Below, in pieces: positions 49,423-58,492 of a stretch of DNA of 64,000 nt (the first letter of the stretch is position 1; every line of letters starts with the position of its first letter). The notes under the pieces were generated by a model that was not told the DNA's origin, did not search any database, and saw only the letters and a program-made list of their open reading frames with translations. Source of the stretch: Planctomycetota bacterium (lineage in GTDB: Bacteria > Planctomycetota > UBA11346); NCBI GenBank assembly GCA_038231435.1, contig JBBRLJ010000017.1, forward strand, positions 32,001-96,000, written 5' to 3'. A program made the position numbers and the translations under genes.

Positions 49423-50319
49423 GTGCCCGTGGCCAGTCGCCCCATCCGTCCCGTCGAGCCCAGCTATGGCTTCACCGGCGATCGCGCGCTGCTGCAGGCC
49501 GCCTCGCCGCGCGAACACGCCCATTGCGACATCGAGCTCAATCTGCTCGCGACCGGCCGGATGCGCTATTTCTTCGCCGGCAAGCTCATCGATCTGCCGC
49601 CCGGCCGCTGGGTCGCGTTCTGGGCGGCGATGCCGCACCAGGTGATCGCCGTCGACGGGCCGGGCGAACTGTTGTGGGTGACGGTGCCGGTCTCGATGTT
49701 CATGGCCTGGGAGTTGGGCGAGGGTTTCGGCCAGCGCCTGCTGCACGGTGAGTTCCTGGCCGAGCCGCGCGCGCGCGCCGGCATCGTCGAGCAGGGGCGC
49801 GAGTGGATCGACGATCTCAAGCACGGCGCGTCGGAGGCTCGACGCATCGTCGCGCTCGAGTCGGAGGCGCTCGTGCGGCGCATGGCGCTCGACATCGTCA
49901 CGGGAACCCAAGGCACTTCCGCGCTCGTGCCTGACGAGAAGCCGCTCGCTCCCGCGCGCGCCCATCGCGCCATGGCGAAGATCGAGGAACTCAGCGCATG
50001 GCTCGCCGCCCACTATCGGGACGAGGTCGACGTCGCCGACTGCGCCGCCGCCGTGGGACTGCATCCAAACTACGCCATGAACCTCTTCCGGCGCACGTGC
50101 GGCATGACGCTGTGGCAGTATCTGACGCGCTTGCGCCTGTCGCACGCGCAGCGCCTGCTGCTCACCAGCGATCGCGGGGTGCTCGACATCGCCATGGACG
50201 CGGGTTTCGGATCGCAGGCACGGTTCTATGTGGTGTTCAAGCAGGCCTACGGCCTGACTCCGGCCGCGTTCCGGCGGCGCGGAGGAGAGATGCCGCCGCC
50301 GGCGGCGCCGCCGAGCTAA
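49423..50319 (+). CDS. AraC-family transcriptional regulator (MelR-like)
   Basis: H.H.DIELN, FWAAMPHQ, GLHPNYAMNLF, IAMDAGFGSQARFY. Confidence 0.92.
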   Translation: MPVASRPIRPVEPSYGFTGDRALLQAASPREHAHCDIELNLLATGRMRYFFAGKLIDLPPGRWVAFWAAMPHQVIAVDGPGELLWVTVPVSMFMAWELGEGFGQRLLHGEFLAEPRARAGIVEQGREWIDDLKHGASEARRIVALESEALVRRMALDIVTGTQGTSALVPDEKPLAPARAHRAMAKIEELSAWLAAHYRDEVDVADCAAAVGLHPNYAMNLFRRTCGMTLWQYLTRLRLSHAQRLLLTSDRGVLDIAMDAGFGSQARFYVVFKQAYGLTPAAFRRRGGEMPPPAAPPS

Positions 50320-50452
50320 GCACCACGTCGCCAGCGCCGCTGCTCGCATGGCCACGCAGCGCGCCCACGTGCGACAGAGCGGGCGCGCGCCGCGCGCACG
50401 CGCGATTGACAGCTACGACCCCCGGTTACGGTGGCCCCCTTCGGAGGTGTCC

Positions 50453-51265
50453 TTGGTCGCTACACGGGCTCACAGTGCGCAGGTGGCCGTCCTCATCCCG
50501 GCCCGTCGCGCTTCCACCCGGCTGCCAGAGAAGCTGCTGCTCGCCGAGACCGGCAAGGCGCTGCTGACCCACACCTGCGAGCGCGCGGCGAAGGCCTACG
50601 GTTCGCAGGCGGTGACGGTGTGCGTCGACGACCCCGCATTGATCATCGCCGCCGAGAGCGCTGGCGTGCGCGCCAAGCTCACCCGTGCCGATCACCAGTC
50701 CGGCACCGATCGCATCGCCGAGATCGCCGCCGCACTCGAGGCTGGCGTGATCGTGAACGTCCAGGGCGACGAGCCCGAGATCGATCCGATCCACATCCGC
50801 AAGGTCGCGAACCTGCTCGAGCGCCACGCCTGGGCCGGCATCGCCACCCTGTGCACCCTCGGCACCGAGGCCGACCAGGCGAACCCGAACGCGGTCAAAG
50901 TGCTCCTTGGACACGATGATCGTGCGGTATATTTCACCAGATCAGGAGCGCCGTGGGACCGCGATCGCGGTGCGCCGGCCGCGGTCTGCCACCGCCATCT
51001 GGGGATCTATGCCTATCGTCGCGAAATCCTGCTCGGCTATGGCAAGCTGCCGGCGAGCCGCCTCGAGGCGCTCGAGAAGCTCGAGCAGCTGCGCGCGCTC
51101 GAGGCCGGCATCGGCATCGCCTGCTCGGTCGTCGAGCATTCCGCGCCCGGCATCGACACGCGCGCCGATTACGACGCCTTCATGGCGCGCCATCTGGCCG
51201 CCGCCGGAGCCGCCGCGGCTGGCAAGAAGCCGGCTTCCGGCTCCAAGTCTGGCACGAAAAAGTAA
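50453..51265 (+). CDS. kdsB: 3-deoxy-manno-octulosonate cytidylyltransferase (CMP-Kdo synthetase)
   Basis: LIPAR.ASTRLP.K.L, SGTDR, NVQGDEP, HLGIYAY, EKLEQLRALE; TTG start after GGAGG chosen. Confidence 0.93.
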   Translation: MVATRAHSAQVAVLIPARRASTRLPEKLLLAETGKALLTHTCERAAKAYGSQAVTVCVDDPALIIAAESAGVRAKLTRADHQSGTDRIAEIAAALEAGVIVNVQGDEPEIDPIHIRKVANLLERHAWAGIATLCTLGTEADQANPNAVKVLLGHDDRAVYFTRSGAPWDRDRGAPAAVCHRHLGIYAYRREILLGYGKLPASRLEALEKLEQLRALEAGIGIACSVVEHSAPGIDTRADYDAFMARHLAAAGAAAAGKKPASGSKSGTKK

Positions 51266-51334
51266 CGTGCGCGCGGATGGCCTCGCATCGCGTGCCCCGA
51301 AACCCGCGCCCGGCTCCTTCCCTCGGATGAACCC

Positions 51335-53029
51335 ATGACGACCAAACGCGACGGTCCCACGCGTCACATCTTCATCACCGGCGGCGTCGCCAGCTCGCTC
51401 GGCAAGGGCATCGCATCCGCCTCGATCGGGCGTCTGCTGATCAACATGGGCTTCCGGGTGCGCGTGCAGAAGCTCGATCCGTACCTGAACGTCGATCCTG
51501 GCACGATGAATCCCTTCCAGCACGGCGAGGTCTACGTCACCGACGATGGCGCCGAGACCGATCTCGACCTCGGCCACTACGAGCGCTTCCTCAACCAGCC
51601 GTGCTCCAAGCATTCGACGGTCACCGCGGGCTCGATCTACCAGACGGTCATCCAGAAGGAGCGCGCCGGCAAATACAACGGCGGCACCGTGCAGGTGATC
51701 CCGCACGTCACCGACCAGATCAAGGAGGCGATCCGCGCCCTGGTCGCTCCGGATGTGGATGTCATCATCAGCGAGATCGGCGGCACCGTCGGCGACATCG
51801 AGGGCCTGCCGTTCATGGAGGCGGTGCGCCAGTACGCTCACGAGGCCGGGCGCGCCCACACCTGTTTCGTGCACCTCGCCTACATCCCGTACATCCGCGC
51901 CGCCGGAGAGATCAAGACCAAGCCGGCCCAGCACTCGGTGCAGAAGCTGCGCGAGATCGGCATCATTCCCGACTTCATGATGTGCCGCAGCGAGCGTGGC
52001 CTGTCGAAGGAGGTGCGCGAGAAGCTCTCCCTGTTCTGCAACGTCGATGCTCCGAACGTCATCGACCTCGCCGACGTGCCGACCTCGGTCTACGAGGTTC
52101 CGCAGGTGCTGGTGAAGCAGGATGTGCACAACCTCATCTGCCGCCGTCTCGGCCTGCCTCTGCGCGAATGCGACATGAAGGCGTGGGATCTGATGGTGAA
52201 CCATATCCGCAAGCCGAAGGACACCGTCACCATCGCGCTGGTCGGCAAGTACATCAACCATCAGGACGCCTACAAATCGGTCACCGAATCGATCGATCAC
52301 GCGGCCTTCGCGCATCTGCTCAAGGCCAACATCGTGCGCATCGAGTCGGACACGCTCGAGAAGGAAGGCGATTGGCAGGAGATCCTCAAGGGTGTCGACG
52401 GCATCGTCGTGCCCGGTGGTTTCGGCAAGCGCGGTTTCGAGGGCAAGCTGCGCGCGATCCGCTTCGCGCGCGAGGCCAAGCTGCCGTACCTCGGCCTGTG
52501 CCTGGGCATGCAGGCGGCCTCGATCGAGTTCGCCCGCGACGTGCTCGGCCTCACCGACGCCAACTCCACCGAGATGAACGAGAAGACCAGGGATCCGGTC
52601 ATCGTCCTGATGGACAGCCAGAAGGAGGTGGTGCAGATCGGCGGCACCATGCGCCTGGGCAACTACCCGTGCACCCTGACCAAGAAGACCTCGCGCACCG
52701 CTCGCTGCTACAAGGACGCCGAGGTGGTGCAGGAGCGCCACCGCCATCGCTACGAGTTCAACAACGCCTACCGCGCGCAGTTCGAGCAGGCGGGCATGCT
52801 CTTCACCGGCCTGTACATCCCCGACGCGGCGCATCCGGACAAGTCCCTGGTCGAGATCATCGAGCTGAAGGACCACCCGTTCTTCATCGCCACCCAGGCC
52901 CACCCCGAGTTCAAGTCGAGCCCGGTCGAACCTCATCCGCTGTTCCGCGGCTTCCTCGGCGCCGCCTACAAGCACAAGACCAAGGGCCAGGACGATGGCG
53001 GTGCGCAGGCGATAGCCGCTGAGGGGTGA
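51335..53029 (+). CDS. pyrG: CTP synthase
   Basis: GGVASSLGKG, DPYLNVDPGTM, GLCLGMQ, RHRHRYE, QAHPEFKS. Confidence 0.99.
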   Translation: MTTKRDGPTRHIFITGGVASSLGKGIASASIGRLLINMGFRVRVQKLDPYLNVDPGTMNPFQHGEVYVTDDGAETDLDLGHYERFLNQPCSKHSTVTAGSIYQTVIQKERAGKYNGGTVQVIPHVTDQIKEAIRALVAPDVDVIISEIGGTVGDIEGLPFMEAVRQYAHEAGRAHTCFVHLAYIPYIRAAGEIKTKPAQHSVQKLREIGIIPDFMMCRSERGLSKEVREKLSLFCNVDAPNVIDLADVPTSVYEVPQVLVKQDVHNLICRRLGLPLRECDMKAWDLMVNHIRKPKDTVTIALVGKYINHQDAYKSVTESIDHAAFAHLLKANIVRIESDTLEKEGDWQEILKGVDGIVVPGGFGKRGFEGKLRAIRFAREAKLPYLGLCLGMQAASIEFARDVLGLTDANSTEMNEKTRDPVIVLMDSQKEVVQIGGTMRLGNYPCTLTKKTSRTARCYKDAEVVQERHRHRYEFNNAYRAQFEQAGMLFTGLYIPDAAHPDKSLVEIIELKDHPFFIATQAHPEFKSSPVEPHPLFRGFLGAAYKHKTKGQDDGGAQAIAAEG

Positions 53030-53258
53030 CGGCTCGTGGAAGAATGAGGGAAGCGGGAAGATAGAAGCGGGAAGACTGAAGATGGAAGGGTGAAGAGAAG
53101 CGCGCAGCCGAGCATCGCGCAGCGCTGGATCATCATCGCCGCGGTCGTCACGCTTGCGCTCGCTGTTCAGCTTCGCCGTCCACTCCGTCTCTCGTTCTCT
53201 TCAATCTTCAATGTTCTGACGTCCAACTTCCGACCTCTCCCTTTCCCAAGGCCCCGTC

Positions 53259-53948
53259 ATGCCCTCCCTCCCCGATCCTCCCCTGATCTCCCCCGGCCAG
53301 CTCGGCACCCGCGTCATCCAGGATGAATCGCGGGCCAGCTTCGACCGCCGCAACAAGCTGCTGTTGATGGAGGGCATCAGGCCCGACGCGGTATTCATCG
53401 GCGATTCACTGACCAACGATTGGCCGGTGTCCGAATGCTTCGGAGATCTCTTCCGCACCGTGGTCAACCGCGGTATCGGTGGAGACACCGCCAGTTACGT
53501 GCACCTGCGCCTCGATGCCGATGCGCTGCAGCTGAAGCCGCAGCGTGTGTTCTTCATGATCGGCACCAACGACATGGCCGCGCGCTTCGGCTACGACACC
53601 GACGCGGTGATCCTCCGCGATCTCGAGGCGAACTACCGCAAATCATTCGCGATGATGAAGGATCGCGGCGCGCGGATCTTCATCGGCACGGTGCCGCCAA
53701 CCAGCCAGTCGGCGCTGCGTGACGTGATGTTCGCCCGCAAGAAGGTGCTGATCCCGGCGGCGAACCGCATCCTATCGGCGTTGGCGCGTGACTACGGTTT
53801 CGTGCTGATCGATTACTTCGCGGCGGTGGCGGATGCGGATGGAGTGCTGATCCAGGAGTACACCACCGACGGCTGCCACTTCACGGCGCAAGGGTATTGG
53901 CGGTTGAACCGGGCGGTGAGAGCGGCGATGGAGAGGGCGGAAGGGTAA
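53259..53948 (+). CDS. SGNH/GDSL hydrolase
   Basis: FIGDSLT, NRGIGGD, IGTND, DGCH blocks. Confidence 0.92.
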   Translation: MPSLPDPPLISPGQLGTRVIQDESRASFDRRNKLLLMEGIRPDAVFIGDSLTNDWPVSECFGDLFRTVVNRGIGGDTASYVHLRLDADALQLKPQRVFFMIGTNDMAARFGYDTDAVILRDLEANYRKSFAMMKDRGARIFIGTVPPTSQSALRDVMFARKKVLIPAANRILSALARDYGFVLIDYFAAVADADGVLIQEYTTDGCHFTAQGYWRLNRAVRAAMERAEG

Positions 53949-54112
53949 AGGGTAGAAGGGGTGGAAGATGGAAGTCGGAAGAGGGAAAAGAGGGAAGAGA
54001 AGGGAGCGGAGCGCGGGAAAAGAGGGGAATCGGGGCGGGGAGGGTGGGACGCGGGGTTCTGGCTGGGGGTATTCCCTTTGACCGCGGGGGGTGGGGCGGA
54101 AACATCGCGGGC

Positions 54113-54934
54113 ATGAAGAACGTCATCCGCGTTGCGTTGGCTCTCATCATGGCGTGCACGCCGGCGGTGGTGCGCGCCGCAGATAACGCGGAGAAAACGG
54201 CGCCGCCTTTCGCGTTTCCCGAGCAATACCAGGTCGATCAGGTCGTGACCTCGCCGCAGGGCACCATGACCATGAACGTCGCGCGCGATGGCGATCAGGT
54301 GCGGTCCGATATGGATGCCCAGGGCCACAAGGTGTCGATGATCGCGCGGCCCGACCTCAAGCTCACCTACATCCTGATGCACGAACAGAAGATGATGGTG
54401 CAGCAGCCGTACAATGACGCCGCCTTCGCGAATCCGGCGCGCGACAAGAGCGCCACCTGGAAGAAGACCGGCAACGAGAAGCTCAAGGACGTCGACTGCG
54501 ACACCTATGACCTCACCACCTCGACGGGCGAGGTCTGGAAGGTGTGGGCGAATCCGAAGGACCAGACGCTGGTGAAGCTCGTGAACGACGCGAAGAAGAC
54601 CACCATGGAGTTCGATCACTGGAAGTTGACCAAGCCGGATAGCGCGCTGTTCGAGCCGCCGAAGGACTACGCCAACGCCATGACCGCCGGCGGTCCTCCG
54701 CGCGGCCCCGGTGCGCCGGGTGGCCCCGGTGCGCCGGGTGGTCCCGGCGGTCCCGGCGGTCCCGGTCGCCCCGGTCCTCCGGGACCTGGTGGTCCCGGAG
54801 GCCCCGGCGCCCAGAACGGCCCGCCTCCCGGGACCGGCGGCCCCGCCGGTCCCGGCAACGCGCCGCCCCCGCGCCCCCCAGGCCCCGGCCAGGCTCCGCC
54901 CCCCGGCGCCCCCCCGGCCCCGCCCGCGCGCTGA
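54113..54934 (+). CDS. Exported protein (DUF4412-like beta-rich domain) with Gly/Pro-rich tail
   Basis: Signal peptide ..VVRA|AD, KKTGNEKLKDVDCDTY, PDSALFEPPKDY, then GxP repeats. Confidence 0.8.
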   Translation: MKNVIRVALALIMACTPAVVRAADNAEKTAPPFAFPEQYQVDQVVTSPQGTMTMNVARDGDQVRSDMDAQGHKVSMIARPDLKLTYILMHEQKMMVQQPYNDAAFANPARDKSATWKKTGNEKLKDVDCDTYDLTTSTGEVWKVWANPKDQTLVKLVNDAKKTTMEFDHWKLTKPDSALFEPPKDYANAMTAGGPPRGPGAPGGPGAPGGPGGPGGPGRPGPPGPGGPGGPGAQNGPPPGTGGPAGPGNAPPPRPPGPGQAPPPGAPPAPPAR

Positions 54935-55065
54935 GATCCGCCGCCGTCGGCCGTCCGCTCCTTCGCTGCCGGCCCTGAAGCTGGCGAACGTCGCTCGCTC
55001 CTTCGCATCCTGCGCTGAACGGCCGAAGGCCGCGCCAACCCGCGCCAGCATCCGGGCTCTGCAAT

Positions 55066-55131
55066 GGGGCGGAGCCCCTGCGCAAAAAAGCCCGTGGGGT
55101 AGGCCCGCAGGGCCGTAGGGGCGGAGCCCCT
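55066..55131 (+). repeat. Family A repeat, short form
   Basis: ggggcggagcccctg..aaagcccgtggggtaggcccgcagggccgtaggggcggagcccct between convergent genes. Confidence 0.85.
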
Positions 55132-55135
55132 TTGA

Positions 55136-56575
55136 TTACTTAGACGGAATGATGCGGAAGACTTGCGCGCCCCACGGACCGAGCTGCACCTCGATCGCCT
55201 TCTCGGCGAGGGTCTCGGCGCGCACCTGGTAGGGCGCGCCGCCGGCGAGGTAGTCCTGGAATTGGCAATCGCGGTCGGCGAGCGGGCCGATCTCGATCGC
55301 GCCGGTGGTGGGCTGCCAGCTGGCGTTCACCACCATCAGCAGCCAATGGTGCGCGGGCAACGTCCACAGGCATGCCACCAGGCTGCGACTGCGTTCGCCG
55401 CGCGGCTCGAGCAACATCCAGGTGCCGTCGTGCCGCGCCGGTTCGCTCAAGAGCTTGAGCAGCTCGCGGTACGCATTGCGATGCGCCTCGGAACCTTCCT
55501 CGGGGGGCCGGCGCGAGGAATGCAGCGACGCATGCAGGCGGCGGCCGTCCTCCTGGCCGTGATGGCAGAGCAGCATGCCCGGGACCATGCCGGTGATGAA
55601 CAAGGCGCCGCGGTGGTGGTCGGGAAACGGGAAGCGCGCAGCCGCGCGCTGCTCGTCGTCGTTCTCGAGGAAGCGCACGCAATGCGACTGGTAGTCGGCG
55701 CTGGCGCGAAGATGGGCGCGGATCGACTCGGCATCGTCCGAGAGCAGACGGTCGTAGAGGATCTTGTCGTAGGTGAAATCGAAGCCGACCTGTTGGAGCT
55801 CGTACTCGCGGTTCCAGTACACCTCGGCCATGAAGATGGTGCCGGGGTGCTCGGCGCGGACGCGGTCGAGGCAGCGCCGCCAGAACGGCTGCATCGCCCG
55901 GTTCCAGGTGCTCTGGAAGACGTCGGGCAGGAGCAGCATCGCCTCGTCGCAGCGCAGGCCGTCGCAGCGCGCGGCGATCGACGACGCCGTGCGAATCATC
56001 TCCTCTTGGCAATCGGGATTGCCGTAGTCGAGCTGCAGGGTGTTGCGCCACGGAGCGAAGAACGGATCGCGCCCGTGCGCGAAGACCTTGCCGTGGAGCT
56101 TCACGTAGGCGTCTGGCTGCTGGCGCAGCAGATACTCGTTGCCGAGGATGAAGAATTCGGGGTGCGTGGCCGCCCACGGATGGTCGAGCCCGACATGGTT
56201 GGGAATGAAATCGAGCATCAGCGACAAGCCGCTCGCCTGCGCGCGCTCGCGCAGCCGCGCCAAGGTCTCGTCGCCGCCGAGCTCCCCGGGGACCTCGTAG
56301 CCAGCGTGCGCGAGCGGCGAGCCGCAGATGTCGGCGTCACTGAACTCGGGCAGCACCGAGGCCAGGTATTGGCGCAGCGGATCGTCGCCGAGCGACAGCT
56401 GGCGGCTCAACGGCCCAGTGCGCCACACCCCGAGCAGGTACAGCCAGGTGAAACCGTTCTCGACCAGGTGGTCCAGGAACTCGTACGACAGGTCATCGAG
56501 CGTCGCCGGTCGCCCCAGCTCGCGCGACCGGTCGGTGCGCCACGTGCGCACATTGAGCTCGTACAACTGGTGCAT
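55136..56575 (-). CDS. Alpha-amylase family (GH13) glycoside hydrolase
   Basis: LDFIPNH (region I), DGLRCD (II), FMAEVYW (III), FLENDDE (IV). Confidence 0.9.
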   Translation of the reverse strand: MHQLYELNVRTWRTDRSRELGRPATLDDLSYEFLDHLVENGFTWLYLLGVWRTGPLSRQLSLGDDPLRQYLASVLPEFSDADICGSPLAHAGYEVPGELGGDETLARLRERAQASGLSLMLDFIPNHVGLDHPWAATHPEFFILGNEYLLRQQPDAYVKLHGKVFAHGRDPFFAPWRNTLQLDYGNPDCQEEMIRTASSIAARCDGLRCDEAMLLLPDVFQSTWNRAMQPFWRRCLDRVRAEHPGTIFMAEVYWNREYELQQVGFDFTYDKILYDRLLSDDAESIRAHLRASADYQSHCVRFLENDDEQRAAARFPFPDHHRGALFITGMVPGMLLCHHGQEDGRRLHASLHSSRRPPEEGSEAHRNAYRELLKLLSEPARHDGTWMLLEPRGERSRSLVACLWTLPAHHWLLMVVNASWQPTTGAIEIGPLADRDCQFQDYLAGGAPYQVRAETLAEKAIEVQLGPWGAQVFRIIPSK

Positions 56576-56985
56576 GGGCGCGTGGAGTGTAGTTCACTGC
56601 CGGGACCCGCAACACTTGTCGCCGCAGGTTGAACGATCACGCGAGCGACACCTCGCATCCACCCAGACCCAGGGCCGCCGATCGGCCGCGCCGGCAGACC
56701 GAAGTCTGCGCCACGCAGGCCAAGCGCGCAGCGCGCAGCAGCCCGTGAGATCACGTCGCGCGGTATGGCCACGAATCACTGCTGACAAGTTTCCCGCGAT
56801 GGGGGGCAGCGCCGGAGGCGCGTTGACGGGGGGCGAGCGCTTCGCGAGCCGAAGGCCCTTCGGGGCATTCGCTGGCGTCGTCCTCGATCCCCTAGTGTGC
56901 ACACAGGGCTGCCGATCGGCCGCCACGGCCGATCGAGCTCATGCGCCCCGCGTGGGCGGAGCGCGCAGCGCGAGCAGCCCGACGG

Positions 56986-58257
56986 CTACAGCTTGATTTC
57001 CGGCTTCCTCACCGCCACGCCGTAGGCGCCGAGGGCGGTGGCCAGCTCCTGAACCACGCTCTGGCCGCTACCGGGCGCGCGGTAGAGGTCGAGGTCGGTG
57101 TACTGGGCGAGGTCGCCGATGCGCGAGACGCCGAGGTCCTCGAGCACCTTGGCGGTGCGGTTGGCGAGCTCGAGCTTCTCGACCGATTCGCCGAGGATCT
57201 TCTGGTCGGCCTTCGAGATCGAGCGCTCGTCGCCCTCGCGGAACATGCCCAGGCGCAGGTTGCGCGCCGCGAGCATCTCTTTCACTTCCTTCAGCGAGGT
57301 CTCGCCGAAGTTCTTGTACGAGAGCATCTCCTGCTCGGTGATGCGCAGCAGGTCGCCGAGGGTGAAGATGTTCATCTTCGCCAGGCAGTTGCGCGAGCGC
57401 ACCGACAGTTCGAAGTCGTTGACCGAGGTGCGCATGATCTTCTCCATGCGCTCACGCTCGCGCTCCTCGCGCTCGTCGTAGTACATGGAGCGCGAGGCCT
57501 TGGCGTCGCGCAGCAGGGTGAGCGCGCGGCGGTCGCGCGGGTTGTAGGCCAGCACTTGGCGGAAACAGTCGAGCGCCGCGTTGGATTCCCCGCGCTCCTC
57601 GTAGAGGATGCCCAGGTTGGTGACGGCCGGCAGGTAGGCGGGAGAGGCGTCGGCGCACACCAGGTAGTGCTCGGCGGCGAGATCGTCGTCGCCGATGCGG
57701 TCGAGCAGGACGCCGATCTTGAAGGCGGCTTCGACGTGCTGCGCGTCGGCTTCGAGCGCGGCCTCGAAGGCCTTGATGGAGGCCTCGATCTGCGAGCGGG
57801 CCTCGAGGATGCGGCCATTGAGGAAGTCGCGCTCGGCGCCCTCGGCGACGCTGGCGAGGGCCTTCTCGGCGGCTTCATCGTCGCCGCCATCGAGCAGCGC
57901 GCGCACCAGTTCGCCCTTGGCCTCGGTCATGGTCTTGGCCGCGATCTGGAAGGCGGTCTTGGCGTCGCCGTACTCGCCGAGCTCGGCGTTGATCATGCCG
58001 AGCAGGGCCTGGCCGTAGGCGTCTTTCGGATCGATCATCTCCTCGGCGTCCGAGAACTTGCCGAGCGCGAACGCCAGCGCGGCGGTGCGCAGCTTGTCCT
58101 TGACCCCGGGGATGCCGTCGGCCAGCAGCGCGGCGAGCTTGGTGCGCTCCTCGGCATCCTGGGTCGCGACGCGGCGCAGGACCCGCACCTGGGCGAGGGT
58201 CGGGCGCTCGGGCGCGGTGAGGATCTGGGCGCTGCGGGGAAGGGTGGCGGTGGGCAT
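56986..58257 (-). CDS. TPR protein with two RNA polymerase alpha-CTD-like domains
   Basis: TPR-like helices, then FELSVRSRNCL..MNIFTLGDLL..TEQEMLSYKNFGETSL.EV, then a second degenerate copy LELANRTAKVL..IGDL. Confidence 0.88.
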   Translation of the reverse strand: MPTATLPRSAQILTAPERPTLAQVRVLRRVATQDAEERTKLAALLADGIPGVKDKLRTAALAFALGKFSDAEEMIDPKDAYGQALLGMINAELGEYGDAKTAFQIAAKTMTEAKGELVRALLDGGDDEAAEKALASVAEGAERDFLNGRILEARSQIEASIKAFEAALEADAQHVEAAFKIGVLLDRIGDDDLAAEHYLVCADASPAYLPAVTNLGILYEERGESNAALDCFRQVLAYNPRDRRALTLLRDAKASRSMYYDEREERERERMEKIMRTSVNDFELSVRSRNCLAKMNIFTLGDLLRITEQEMLSYKNFGETSLKEVKEMLAARNLRLGMFREGDERSISKADQKILGESVEKLELANRTAKVLEDLGVSRIGDLAQYTDLDLYRAPGSGQSVVQELATALGAYGVAVRKPEIKL

Positions 58258-58492
58258 GGCTGACCTCGATCTGGGTGCTCCCGCGCGCCCTGGACCCATG
58301 GCCAGGGCCATGGAAGGGGTGCGGGAGATTGGTGCTGGCGGAGAAAAGGGCTCACACGATAGCGGTGAGGGAGGCGGGGCAAGGGGGGGATGGACGGAGG
58401 ACCGTCGTCTGGGGAGGGAAGGACCGCCGTCCGTCTGTCGTCATCCGGCGATAACGGCAAGCCGACAGACCACGGTCGCCATCCGGGACGCC

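Noticed and set aside
50406..50432. TTGACA upstream of kdsB as a promoter
   Set aside because: The best -10 candidate (TACGGT) is at a 15-nt spacing, too weak to call.
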